From positions 84,568,001-84,632,000 of the forward strand of contig NC_042999.1 of assembly GCF_006345805.1 (NCBI RefSeq): DNA of 64,000 bases, given 5' to 3'. Source of the stretch: Octopus sinensis (Eukaryota). The notes under the pieces were generated by a model. It worked only from the letters and a program-made list of their open reading frames with translations. It was not told the origin of the DNA and did not search any database. Below, piece after piece: positions 14,703 to 27,978 of the stretch. The position numbers were made by a program, and so were the translations under genes. Every line of letters starts with the position of its first letter. Positions within the stretch are counted from its first letter, which is position 1.

Positions 14703-15197
14703 AGAAAATAAAGGATGGACCGAAAACAAAAATAAGGAGGGAAAAGGAGGAAAAGGCAAAACAACCAAAGCTGAAACCCCAACCCACCACACAAATAGCA
14801 GAGAACCCCATGGAGGATCCAATGCCACCCATTATACTTCAGGAAAGAAGAAATCTGGAAGGCACCGAAGAACCTGTAAGTTCTACACCTTCGGGGCAAA
14901 TTTTGCCATGGCGAGGACAGCAAAAGCTGTCGGTTCGCCCACCCGACACCCTGCCAGAACTTCAGGGGAGTCAAAGAGAAAAGCTTTACCGAGGGAACAC
15001 AAGAAATGTCTTCCAGGAAAACTTTCAAAAACGAAGTGCGCTCCTCAGATGTTCTGCGCAACGCAGCAGCTGAGCAACAGTATTTTTTATGCATGACGCA
15101 AAGAATTGTCCGGCAACTAACCTGGCTACACCAAGCACAGAGAAGGAACCCTGCCCACCACTATGCAAGACCACCACAGTCAACAGACACGGGATGA
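14697..15197 (+). pseudogene. LINE ORF1 C-terminal remnant (frameshifted)
   Basis: Non-repetitive open frames directly upstream of ORF2, ending at TGA 15195-15197; no diagnostic motif seen. Confidence 0.5.
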
Positions 15198-18100
15198 CCT
15201 CCCATAACGCCTGCACAGCCGTCACCCCAATACTTTTCACTAAATATTGGGGGCCTGTTGCATCAAAATAGAAACAAAATTTCTTTCCCGAGAGATCTTA
15301 CTGCATGCAATCAAGGCCTATGCATAGCACTTGTGGAAACTCACCTCAACCCTGATATAGAGGACGCAGAAGTACACATACCAAACTATGCCATACTGCG
15401 AACAGACAGAAGGGAAAGTAGCCATGGTGGTGTTGCTGTATACATCCGAGATGACCTCACACCCCAGGTGTTAATGACATACCCAAATTCGGTATGTGAC
15501 ACTTTAATTGTATACATAAGACAACATAATATAGTCATATGCAATACATATTGCCCACCGGATGCCCCAAATCACATAGGCAAGTCTGAAGATTGCCTCA
15601 CAAGAATTAAAGAAATCCTCATGAATCTGGAACACACGAGACCATATTTCTTATGGGTGATTTCAACTTACCCAACGTCAAATGGCCCGAAGGTCACATA
15701 CTCTCAGGAATGAATCATTGCAAGCAAACACACGTGGAGTCCCTGCTCAAGCTCACCAATGCCTTATTCATGGAGCAAGTTGTACTCAAGCCAACTAGGG
15801 CGAATAACATTCTGGATCTCTGCTTCACGAACAATATGGACATCATTCATGATGTGAAAGTGACACCGACATCAGTTTCGGATCACAACAGAATAGAGCT
15901 GTCTATGTTTGGGCCAAAAGTAACCAGAGACATACAGCCTAAAGGAAGCACCCGAATTCTCTCCAATCTGAACTTCCACAAAGCAGATTGGAAATCGATC
16001 CAAAAAGAGATCCTCAGAGAGGACTGGCCGGAATGTCTCTCCACACCAGACATTGACATGAAACTAGAATGTTTCATGTCTTCTGTGCAAGCCGTATGCC
16101 AGAAATATGTCCCAGAGCACAAGGCCAAAACAAATAGGAGCAAGATTCCCAGAGACAGGAAGATCCTCATGAGACAACGCACGAAGGTTGCAAATCGTCT
16201 CAACCAACATTCCAAAAGTAGCGAAACGTCCCGCCTAAAAACAACACTGATGGAGATCGAAAAAAGGCTGCAACAATCCTATGGGAAGGAGAAAGCAGAC
16301 AAAGAAACCTGGGTTATAAAAAACATTAAATCAAACCCAAAGGCCTTATTTAATTACGCGAAAGAAACAGTCTCAGTGCACTACAAGATATAACCCCTCC
16401 TCCAAAAGGTTGGCTCCCTCACAGACAGTCCAACTAAGATCAGTGAGATGCTGAATGACCAGTTCAAAAGTGTCTTTACCACCCCGTTGGAACACAGACA
16501 AGTGAACGAACCAGTGGACTTCTTTGCCGCCTCACCTATAACCAGCGAGGCGGTTACATTAGCGAAAAAGATGTCCTACTAGCCATAGATGAAGTGGACA
16601 CAAACTCACCTGCTGGTCCAGATGGTTTCCCAGCCATCCTCCTCAAAGCGTGTAAGCATGCCCTGGCAAAACCCCTCAAGATGCTCTTCCAGAGCTTTCT
16701 TGCGAATGGCAAACTGCCAAGCAAGCTGAAGAAGGGAATAATATGCAATACATAAAGGGGGAAGTAGAGCAGATGCCAAAATCTATAGGCCTATCTCTCT
16801 GACTTCACACATCAGCAAAGTCATGGAACGGATAGTCAGAAAGAAACTAATCGCCTTCCTTGAGGAAAATGACTTGCTGAGTGATACCCAGCATGGTTTT
16901 CGACCAGGTAGGAGCTGCCTGACTCAGCTCTTACAGCATTATGACTGGGTGTTGAGGCAGTTGCTCAACAAATCAAATGTGGACGTAATCTACCTTGATT
17001 TTGCAAAAGCTTTTGACAAGGTGGATCATGGTATGATATGCCACAAACTGCGTGACCTCGGCATAGCTGGAAAACTTGGAGTGTGGTTGCATGACTTCCT
17101 GAAGGATATATTTCTTTACTACCCACAAGGGGCTAAACACAGAGAGGACAAACAAGGACAGACAAACGGATTAAGTCGATTATATCGACCCCAGTGCGTA
17201 ACTGGTACTTATTTAATCGACCCCGAAAGGATGAAAGGCAAAGTCGACCTCGGCGGAATTTGAACTCGGAACGTAACGGCAGACGAAATACGGCTACGCA
17301 TTTCGTCCTGCGTGCTAACGATTCTGCCAGCTTGCCGCCTTTTCCAGCTTGCCGCCTTAGGATAGGAGTCAGGCAGTAGTGGTTAATGGAGCCACCTCTA
17401 TGAACACACAAATAGTGAGCGGTGTTCCACAGGGCACTGTCTTGGGACCAGTGCTTTTTATAGTGGCCCTCTCAGATATGCCCTCAAATGCCCGGATAGC
17501 CACTCTGGCCAGCTATGCAGGCGATACGAAAGTCTCGCAGAAAATACAGAACCCCAGCGATGTTGCACACCTGCATCAGGAGTTGGACTCAATCTACAGA
17601 TGGGCTGAGGATAATAATACGCAGTTTAATGCTGAAAAATTCCAGGCCCTGCGCTACCAGCATCCAAAACAGAATATTAAACTTACAGGATACACCAGTC
17701 CACAGGGAATTTCAATCCCAGAGCCTAAGTCTGTGAGGGACCTGGGTATCGACATGAGTGATGATACATCTTTCCAAGTGCACATTACCAGGATGGCGAC
17801 AAAGTGCAGACGACTGGCTGGGTGGATCCTAAGAACATTCAGAAACAGAGATAAGGAAACCATGATGTTCCTCTGGCGGACATTCGTCCTCAGCCGCCTG
17901 GATTACTGCTCACAGCTATGGTCACCCACCAGTGTAAAATTAACAGCGGACCTTGAAGCAATCCAGAGAAGATTCACAAAGAAGATCGTCTCTTTGCAAC
18001 AGCTCATCTACTGGGAAAGGTTGAAACAGCCAAGACTCTACTCCCTGGAGAGAAGACGGGAGAGGTATGCAGTAATATATGTCTGGAAGATCCTGGAAGG

Positions 18101-18428
18101 AATTGTGCCAAATTTTGGCATTGTAAGCTATACCAATGCTAGAACGGGACGACACTGCATAGTGCCAAAGATCCCAGCAATGCCATCACGCTTCAGGACC
18201 AGCTTCTACAACAGCCTGGGTTTCAAGGACCCACAGCTTTTTAATATTCTCCCAAAGAGTCTGAGGAACTTGCACAAAGTAGATGTAGCGGTTTTTAAAT
18301 CAAAGCTGGACATCTTCCTGTCAAGAGTCCCAGATGAACCTACCTCACGGCAAGAGGCGCACATGAGAGTAGCTGTATCAAACTCCATTCTTCACCAAGT
18401 ACCACATATTAGACGAGGTTCGTCGTAA
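15194..18428 (+). pseudogene. LINE ORF2 (AP endonuclease + reverse transcriptase), disrupted by frameshifts, stops and a SINE
   Basis: IALVETHL, RTDR..HGGVAVY, GDFNLP, NILDL, SDH; QHGFRPGRSCLTQLL, YLDFAKAFDKVDH, GVPQGTVLGP, YAGD (YADD mutated), RDLGI, LDYCSQLWSP, LEAIQRRFTK, LYSLERRRER. Confidence 0.93.
17109..17358 (-). mobile_element. SINE family B, full length, inside LINE ORF2
   Basis: Near-identical to 43659-43893; TSD AGGATA at 17103-17108 and 17359-17364; removal restores HDFLKDRSQAVVVNG. Confidence 0.92.
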
Positions 18429-18739
18429 TAACAGTGTAGCACAAAATAGCGGTGCATCAGCATGGCCGCAGCTCTGAGCTGAAACTAATATATATATATA
18501 TATATATATAATAGAAATATTAAAATAACTAAGTCTCTATAAAAGAGATTACGACAACGTTTACTGGAAATTAATTGTTATCGCCATATTAATATGGCAT
18601 TCTTATAGATATAAGAATAATCGCTGCCGCTGGTCAGCTCCATGAGGCCACCGCCTTAAGATAGCTATTGATACACGATCTGTATCCATTATAACCTTCG
18701 AACAAGGGATGTCAGCCGCTTCACACTGCCAGTCCGACA

Positions 18740-18781
18740 GCTACAGACGCGTTTCGGGGTATTGCCCCTTGTCAATGTAGC
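18740..18781 (-). ncRNA. Type I minimal hammerhead ribozyme, U3-A8 core variant
   Basis: Exact reverse complement of 19105-19146. Confidence 0.8.
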
Positions 18782-19104
18782 GCAGTCAGACCCCGCAGGT
18801 GTCGCCACTGACGTCTCTGTTCGAAGGCTTATATTTACCTAGTTTCAGTGGAATACATCCACTTGTTTTCAATAATAGAAATATTAAAATTACTAAGTCT
18901 CTATAAAAGAGATTACGACAGCGTTTACTGGAAATTAATTGTTATCGCCATATTAATATGGCATTTTTATAGATATAAGAATAATCGCTGCCGCTGGTCA
19001 GCTCCATGAGGCCGCCGCCTTAAGATAGCTATTGATACACGATCTGTATCCATTATAACCTTCGAACAGAGACGTCAGTGGCGACACCTGCGGGGTCTGA
19101 CTGC

Positions 19105-19146
19105 GCTACATTGACAAGGGGCAATACCCCGAAACGCGTCTGTAGC
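19105..19146 (+). ncRNA. Type I minimal hammerhead ribozyme, U3-A8 core variant
   Basis: gctaca-TTGACAA-gggg-caata-cccc-GAAA-cgcg-TC-tgtagc; 6-bp stem I, 4-bp stem II, palindromic CGCG stem III, predicted cleavage after C19140. Confidence 0.8.
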
Positions 19147-20202
19147 TGTCGGACTGGCAGTGTGAAGCGGCTGACCTCCCTTGACGCGTGTTACACCGTA
19201 CACCTGTTCGACCAAAAATCGATTTGATGGTGAGAGTGAACTAATATACAGCACATTCATTTAATTATTATAAATACGATATTTGTACAGGTCATTCTAA
19301 AAATGTTGGACACTCATACGTCCTGTTCTGCGGCTAAGTGCATTGTTGTAAATTCCATGAATGTGAATATATTCCAGAAATTGCTGTGCTATTTTGAATG
19401 TGCACCGTTGCTTTGTAGGTGCCAGCAGAGTGTCTTGTTTCATAAAAGAACAGAGAGAGGTGGGAAAGAGATATAAGGAGAGAAAGAGAGAGAATTCGTT
19501 CTTTATATCTTCGTTCAGATATTCTAAGATTGCTAACTTGTGAAGTTACGCCTTTGTCATTTGTTGGGCAGATTTATATAGAATCCTTTGAAAGATTACC
19601 TTTAAGGAGGCAGGTAAGTATCACTTGTCCGCAGACCATGATGAAATAAAGTCTATGGCGGCCACGAAATGACTGCATATATATGTTTGTTCGTTTGACC
19701 AAACTCTCGTCAAGTTAATTAAACACGGAATTAAGAGTAAGGTAAGGGTAGAGAATTAGGTCACGCTCTTCAGTAATATTTCTGAAATGGGAGTGAAAGT
19801 TGTTAGTGCAGACCAGCTAAACACCAGGTCGAAGGACACATGCACTGCTTTTTGTAGTGGGATAATCTGGCATTTGAGAATATCTGGTTAACCCGTGTAG
19901 CCGTTAGAGTTTTTGAATGTTATTTCCTTCTATTGTTTTTATTTTCATGCGTATCCTATTATACGTAAATCTTTGTAATTAACCAAATTTTGTATTTTTA
20001 CGTTTCCGTAGGATCAATTATTGCTACTTTGTAGCAGTCCTATAAGCGGTTAGTTATGAGCCTGTTTTCAGAAACTCAGTGGCAGCATTGGACAGAGGTA
20101 CGTCTACAGTTGTCGTAGTGAAAAACCAACTTTCAGAACGATTTTATATCGTGCTTCAGTCCCTCAAAGATACCATCTCCTTTATACACACACACATATA
20201 TA

Positions 20203-20254
<52 letters not shown>

Positions 20255-22080
20255 GTGTGTGTGTGTATTCTGGCTCTCATACTTTACCAGCCTCTCCATC
20301 ATAATTTTGTAAACAAAGATAGATTGTTTAGTTTAAGGGAACATTAAGAAATCGAAGTAAAATCTTTACGCACACATATACGTTCTTCCAGACAAGCACG
20401 CACACATCCATACGTCCACATATAAATACGAGAATGTATATACTCACGTTCGCCAATCATCCGCACGCACACACTCATACATGCATCCTAAACACGTTCG
20501 CGTACACATGCGTATACCGCGAGCAATAACGCACACGTATTCTCTCTCTCTCTCTCTCTCACTCTTTCTCTTTCCCTGTCCCTCTCTCTCTCACACACAC
20601 AAATACATTCACACAAACACGCAAATACACACACACTCATAAAACCAATAACACACGGTGTTGATATGCACAACTGACACATAAACCTAGATATTTGCGC
20701 ATGGGAGTACTCACACCTTACTGATACGCACATGCACCCATATACAGTCCCTACCAAGCATGTACGTGTGCCATCAACCCACACCTACATACAAGCCCTC
20801 ACTCGCACACCAGCTTACAACACACACAGAAAGACATCAGAGAACTACATCCATGTATTCATACATCTGGTATGCACACATACGCATATCCTCGCCGTCC
20901 AAGTTTCTGTCATTCTCTTATGTCCTTCAAAGCCCGTCCTGGCATCAAAACATCATCAAATTCCTGCTCAGCCACGTGATCCAAGAAATTCTCATTTCTA
21001 ACGCACAACTGTCGCTAAAATACCGATGTCATAACAATACCATATGACCTGCATTGACCAGTAGCAGTCCAGTTTCCAGTAGATATCTCTGACTTCGTGT
21101 ATCTCTTCATTCGGTTAACCATGCTTGACTGAGTTAGGTTTCTGCAAGAAGCCTGGGAAACTTCAAGTCGCATAGCTCAAAAAGCTGTTTTAAATGACTA
21201 TGTATATAAAAAAGCAATTAAGTACAAAGTAGAATCAAATTAAGGTAAGAAAATAGATTTAAATTAGGTCATATAGAACAAGATAAAATTTTAAATTCAA
21301 AATATAATGCAAAAAGTACGTTAAAAACACCTATTCAAAGCTAATACTCTGAATCGTCAGATGGAAAGGAAGTGAGCTGATAGCAAAAGGCAATAGCTCA
21401 AACTTCTAGGCTAAAGAGTGCGTAGTCACACAAAATGTTCAGAATTATGTTAATTAAACAAGAGACTAACACCAATTTCAGTCTATATACTTGACTTTAA
21501 GAAGTATATATTTTATTTCGGAGTGTATTGTTTTCGAAAATATTAAATATCTCAACTCATATTACCACGTAAGTAATTTTGCATGTGGGGGAGTAATATT
21601 ATGTTTTGACATGTAAAATGAGACTTGATATAACTATGCACAAACGTATGAGAGTAACTAACAAAATGTAATCTGTAACAAGTCTGAAGAGTTAGACAAG
21701 GAGAACAAATTTTCTCACAATTATCAAAAAATTATATGAATTTTGATAGTTATCAAAATATGACAATGATGAAATCATTACTCAGGAATTATTCGAATAC
21801 CTTCCCAAACACAAGAACAGCAAAAGATAATATGCAAGAGATAAAGCCTGAGATTAGAAGCACAATCAATAATAAATTAATATTCTGGAAAATACAGGAA
21901 TGATTTTGAAACAGAACTGCAAAAATAACCAAAATAATAAACCTGCCACACATCACTTCTAAATAAATTTATTTCAATAATACAAATCGCCCAGTACTTT
22001 TTCTGTACTCATATCAGCGAAAACTCGGAAAATGCTTCCCACATGCACAATATGTTGATTTTGTATATGTATGTATGTAA

Positions 22081-22131
<51 letters not shown>

Positions 22132-22330
22132 GAGAGAGAGAGAAAGAGAGAGAGAGGGAGAGAGAGATGGGGAGAAGGGGGAGAGAGATTGTGCATAACA
22201 AACAGTAGAGGACTCTTTTAGAGCTTCAAATATCTCTCCAACCAGCTCTCTGAGCTGGTATTAAGTTTATTTAATCTCAGTCACATGTTCGCGCATCTAT
22301 CGCCAATACATACAGACACACAAAAGCACA

Positions 22331-22374
<44 letters not shown>

Positions 22375-22744
22375 TATATATATAGATAGATAGACACATA
22401 CATACATCTATATGGGTGGGGGTATGCGTGTGTATATGGAGAGTGCACGTGTGTGTGTGCGCGTACGTGTGTGTGTGTAGAACCAGTATCTTTACATAAT
22501 TGCATAAACACCACATAATGAAACAAAACTAAGAGAAGAAACAATTGTAACCCTAAAATAACAAAAGATGTAACGCATTAAGCTCTCTAGAAAACAATAG
22601 ATTACATATAAAAAGAAAACTGTTTCACTCTACCGAAAAGGCAATATTATATAACTTTGTGCGAAATGAGATATGCAACAAGTGCTGCAATAAAAACAAA
22701 CGTGCACAACACAACTCAAACATTATGTAATTATAATGATTAAT

Positions 22745-22936
22745 GCCTGAAATTCGGGGGAAGAGGATAGTCAATTACATCGACCCCAGTGCGTAACTGG
22801 TACTTAGTTTATCGACTCCGAAAGAATGAATTGCAAAGTGAACCTCGTCGGAATTTGAACTCAGAACGTAGTGCCAAACAAAATAGGTCTAAGAATTTCG
22901 TCCGGCGTGCTAACGATTCTGCCAGCTCGCCGCCTT
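22745..22936 (-). mobile_element. SINE family B (alternative tail)
   Basis: Same head and core as 43659-43893; 9-bp TSD ATGATTAAT at 22736-22744 and 22937-22945. Confidence 0.85.
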
Positions 22937-23408
22937 ATGATTAATAATGATAATGCTGGTGGAGTTGATAACTATACACTTGTCACTTACACAACTGAAT
23001 TCGGTGTCCTGTTGGAATTATCTAATACAAATTTTTCGTTGAACCTAATTCTTTGGTGTTCATTGTTAAGTAGTTATGAGTCACATAAGTTTTAATTATA
23101 TTCTAACCTTTTATTTTATTACTTGATATTCTTTCTGGGCCACATTGTTTGGTTTTTGTTCGCAACAAAGCAACATTAAGATTCATTGCAAAACATGTGA
23201 GAAGATACAGAAGATAGGTGAATTATATTGAGTTTTATTGAAAAGCGGTTGCTATTGAAACCAAACCAATATGAGAATGCACAATTAAAAGAAAATGAAT
23301 AGACAAAATTAGCCAATTATAACCCATGAATTTAATAGCATCAAAGATTCACAAAGATTTCATAAAGGAGCTCAATAAGCCCATTATCTTGTGTGAATGT
23401 CGTCGTCG

Positions 23409-23478
<70 letters not shown>

Positions 23479-23507
23479 TACCATCATCATCATCACCACC
23501 ACCATCA
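23409..23507. repeat. (CAT)n microsatellite
   Basis: Direct reading. Confidence 0.95.
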
Positions 23508-23807
23508 GTTCAGGTAGAAGATATATCAGCAACCTCCAGTGTTATTGATGATGGTTGCCTAGATGAAATTTTTATGGCCATGTAACTTAGTATGACGTAC
23601 CATCGGCTGAAGAGATGCCCAAAATTACACAATTGACATAGAAAAGCTGAACTAAATATTGGAAACATGAGTTATTATTTAACTGGGTTTTTTGTTTATA
23701 TTAGCAATATCAAAAATTCAAATCTGTTCTTAACTCTGTATATGTGTTCATATAGGCAGACCCTATATAGCTCTGTGTTTTACAGCTAGTGATGTTTAAA
23801 TATGTTA

Positions 23808-24590
23808 ATGCGTGACCTATCTGATTTCTAAAGAGGGCAATTGCTGGAGCTTCAGTCACTAAAACTAACAAATTACTGAAAATTCAGCGAGAGGGCTGTC
23901 AGAATAGTGAAACGAATTGAATCTAAAAATAAAGCATTGAACTACGATGGGGAAAATGAGAGCAGAGCTAAACCATCACCTTGCCAACCCGGTGTTAACC
24001 CACATTGTTTGTTGTGAGTTCCGTCGGAGAGCAGCCGTTACTAAGCCGCTCCGCCATCAGTATTGCTAATTAGAAAAAACGGTGACCAGACATTCAGAAA
24101 TGGTCAACAGCTCATTAGTACAAGGTCATCTTCTCCGATAAATTATTCTTCACTCTTTTGTTCACTTCGAAGTCATTTTACTTTTGGAGACAGCTGAATC
24201 CTGGCATTTTAGGCACATCAAGAACCATGCAGCTATCGCTGTCATACTTTGAACAGCCGTATCATATAATTTTCTTGGTTCGTTAGTTGCTCGAAGTGGC
24301 AGAGAAAACGTTGAGAATTATTTGAGTATTTTAGCTAAACACTTTTCAATGGCAAAAGCAGTATTTTCTCATAGTAGCACTGTCTCCTAGGACGATAATG
24401 CACTAAGAACACAACTGTGAATTAGATCACTTAAACTGGTTCCGTAATCACCTGCTTTTGAATTATTCAGAAATTTATACTACATTTTGGAGCAGCAAGT
24501 GAGTAGCCGCCACCCTCTGACATCGTCATAGTTTTTACTTGAAGAAGGACTGAAAATTACATTCTCTGAAATTTAATTATCTCTGAAGAA
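23808..24590 (+). pseudogene. Tc1-family transposase remnant
   Basis: MRDLSDF*RGQ..GASVTKT, VIFSD..FTLL, *DDNA and a degenerate W..SPDLN.IENL across broken frames. Confidence 0.65.
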
Positions 24591-24849
24591 TTGACAAATA
24601 AATCATTAATATTATGTAACTAATAATAATCTACCATAGAAACGCACATAAGATGGTGTAACTAAATATAAGATAAACGAACATTCACATTTTGTTTCGT
24701 TTTCTACTTATACTCTATGCAACATTTAAACACAATTGTTATAATGCATATAAAGGCAGAACAATTGAAAAGCATTTTCTAAAAGTTATGGTATTGCCTT
24801 TTTTTTTCAAATTGATGCCCATTCTGGTTCAGAGATTGTTGACAATGCG

Positions 24850-25430
24850 AAGCAATGGGGTCGCAAGGACGAAGTAGCATATCTTTAGGTATTTGAGTGC
24901 ATTCTCGCTAAATAGCAATACTCAGTTCAACCACTATTGTTGGTTTTGTATCGTACACTCTATGTTTTGAGTGCCTTCATAAGAAAAAGTCTAAATGGGT
25001 GACGTCTGGTGAACGAGGAGGGTATTCAACAAAAAAACTTATTTCGATCCCTGTTTGATAAGATCTCATTAAGGTAGGATCATCATGTTTCATCTTGCTG
25101 AATATAAAATTCCTCATCTTCCAAGACTTCTCTAATGCTTGACATGACAGACTGCTGTGGCATATTCAAGTAAACGGGATCCAGTCACACTATCGTCAAA
25201 AATGAATATTCCAATTGATTCTCTTGATGTAATGCCAAACTGTAATTCCTGGTAAATTATCTCTATGTTCCACCATAACAAGCGGATTTTGAGGCCGCCA
25301 ATATGTGCAATTATGTCAGTTAATTGAACCATTTCATTTAAATATGGTCTCAACACTCCACACAACTTTTGTTGGAAGGCGCGCGCGTGTGTGTAATCGG
25401 ATAACCGCAAAGTTACTGACGCAGCAACTT
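24850..25430 (-). pseudogene. Tc1/mariner-superfamily transposase C-terminal remnant
   Basis: [31 protein letters not shown] (WPPRSPDLTPLDFFLWG motif). Confidence 0.65.
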
Positions 25431-26502
25431 TCATTTTTATTTTCTTTTTTGAGATTGTGGGCGTATTTATGGAACATATATCATTGTACTTTAATGTTTA
25501 TAATGCTTGTTACCCTTGGTATTGCCACTAAAACTGTTCTCCCAAACATTTAACGTATATGTTTGCCTATGATATTAAAGGAAAATATTTTCTTTTGGTG
25601 AGAAAACGAAGCGGCAGTCACAAAAATAATACTAATATGGATACTGTTATCGGCGTTGTTGATGTTGTTCAGGACGTAAGACTGTCAGAAACGGTAATAC
25701 TTAAGCTTTAATGTAAATATTATTCAACAGTGCATCTACATTTCTGAGTTAAAAACCTACTTGATGTCATCTTTGTCGTTCAATCCACCATCACTACTAG
25801 TTTGAGAAATTTAAAGTAAAATAAAATATTATGGTCGTTTCAATCACCAACACAATTACGGACATTATGTCAATTTGTGTAGAGTTTATCAACATCGCCA
25901 CACAGTCATCATAAGACACCAGCGCCAGTAGAGTCCCAGTAATTATCAGCACCAACAAAAACATCATCATCATCGTCAGCAGCAACAGTATAGTCTTCAC
26001 CATCCACAGCAGCATAGTTCCAGTAATCACTGTCTGAAATAAGAATGAAAACAGGCTTTAACACACTAAAAGTTTTGCTGGTTCTGCTGACATAGCAGTC
26101 ATACATAGCGGCTTACAAATTGCTTATAACAAACAGCATCACCCCTATACGCAGCCATTTCTTTTAATATCACAGTAACAAAACAAACGTTCTAAATCAA
26201 AGAGAAAACCAAGTAGGTAATATATCACTAGAACGATATGAATGGCCAAGTGGTTAAATGGTTAGAATGATATATCAATGTACAGGGTGACAATGCAGTT
26301 ACTATACAGTTACTTATAAAAAAGCAAAGCAATACACACGACACAGAAACAGATTCACGATTATAACTTATAAATCCTCAAAGTTGGTTTATAATTGTAG
26401 CTTATAGGAAGTTGATCTAACCAGTGAGAGAAAGTTACATAATCTATTATCTAACTGAATGCGTTATACTTTTTGGCTTGTTCTCGAGTGTTATTTTTAA
26501 TT

Positions 26503-27000
26503 ATGTCTCGCCAAATAACTAGCTAAGAGTCAATTAATTCTGAAAAGGCACTGGAAACATGAAAATCCTACAGATGTCATCAAGCAATGGCAGGAAAAAT
26601 TTGAGATAAATTCAACAACATAGGATCTGTGCTAGATACTCCACGCTGCGGTCGACCAAAAACGACTCGCACAGAAATCAACAAGACGCTGTGTTCTGCA
26701 GTTGGATATAAATAGAAGATCGCTTCAGATAATGCTGGAAGTATTAACCTACAAATCTTACATACCTTTACTTATCCCTGGATTAATTGAAGGTGATGGA
26801 CATTGTCGTTGACAGTACTGTAAAATCTTCGTTAATCATTGTGAAGTTACACCTCCTTTACTCAATAAGATAGTGTTGTCTGACGAAACACAATTCAAGC
26901 TATCTGCAACTGTAAACAAACACAATTGCACATACTGGGCGTCAGAGAATCTTCATAGAACCGTCCAAAATCAGTTGAACCAACCAGAAGTCACTAATTA
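26503..27000 (+). pseudogene. Tc1/mariner-superfamily transposase N-terminal remnant
   Basis: DKFNNIGSVLDTPRCGRPKT and LNKIVLSDETQFKLSATVNKHNCTYWASENLH. Confidence 0.7.
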
Positions 27001-27589
27001 ACAAGAACCATTTTAATAACAAATTTCTGGACTTTTGATTAATTACTTTGTCTTAATTGTTATTGTAACTGTATAGAGCCTTTATCGCCACCCGGTATAT
27101 TTGTATTGGGCATTCTAATATAAGCAGGAAAAAGCGACACAGAAGATTCCGTTGGAGATGCATTAGTTTGATCAGATTTATGTGTAGGTGGTTTGTAGAT
27201 ATTTGTTTAAAGTAATCAATGAGATTTTCAGGGACCTCGATATGAGTAGTCGGAGCCTGTTTTTATAGTTGATGACAATGTTGTTTCTGATAATTTCTGA
27301 ACTTCCTTCAGTCCCTAATTGCATCGGTGTATATTTTATAAGAAAAAAATACAATTTTTAAAATTTGAATTTGATTAGGGAGAAAAAAATATGGGAGCAT
27401 ACTGAGGACTGGTATCTAACAGTTTAACTTCTTAAAAGTAAAATGCTCTCGTAGCAGATATACATCCTCAACAGAAACTTTTCCAAGAGGATAGCCGTGG
27501 TGGAATGGTCACTCAGGAACCCATTTTCCAATATAAGACGAAGAGACGTTTATGTAGTGATGATCTGTAAATATTGCATCGAATACAAG

Positions 27590-27690
27590 AGACTCAACTC
27601 ATAGCTCACCACTTCATCCTACGTGGATATCCCTTCACCACTATTCACACCGCCCTTGCCAGAGCACGTTCCGTGCATCTGCTCTCTCTT
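27590..27690 (+). pseudogene. Penelope-like element fragment (post-RT region)
   Basis: HHFILRGYPFTTIHTALARARSV resembles the PLE L...F..RGYP...I..A motif; short. Confidence 0.4.
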
Positions 27691-27782
27691 CCCCCGAACC
27701 CGCCCAGCCGTCTCCCGCCTCCCCGTTTCCCCAGCACCGTAGACACTAGGTAGGAAAAGGTGAAACACCGGCTCCCGAGACT

Positions 27783-27978
<196 letters not shown>

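Larger units (their letters stand above)
14697..18490 (+). mobile_element. CR1-clade LINE, 5'-truncated, inserted in (TA)n, interrupted by a SINE
   Basis: End of an ORF1-like frame, then APE and RT domains and a short structured 3' UTR; (TA)n on both flanks. Confidence 0.92.
18510..19183. mobile_element. Penelope-like pLTR / retrozyme-like partial tandem with inverted hammerhead cassette
   Basis: 195-bp direct repeats 18510-18704/18874-19068 (about 4 substitutions); 125-bp inverted pair 18703-18827/19059-19183 (1 mismatch); abuts (TA)n. Confidence 0.8.

Noticed and set aside
15194-18428. Active LINE ORF2
   Set aside because: Multiple frameshifts and stops, YADD changed to YAGD, and a SINE insertion.
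19536-20103. Possible exons (CAG|GTAAGT near 19613; TTCCGTAG acceptor near 20011 with GAG|GTACGT donor near 20097)
   Set aside because: The second candidate has stops in all three frames and splice-like motifs are common by chance; a non-coding exon cannot be excluded without RNA data.
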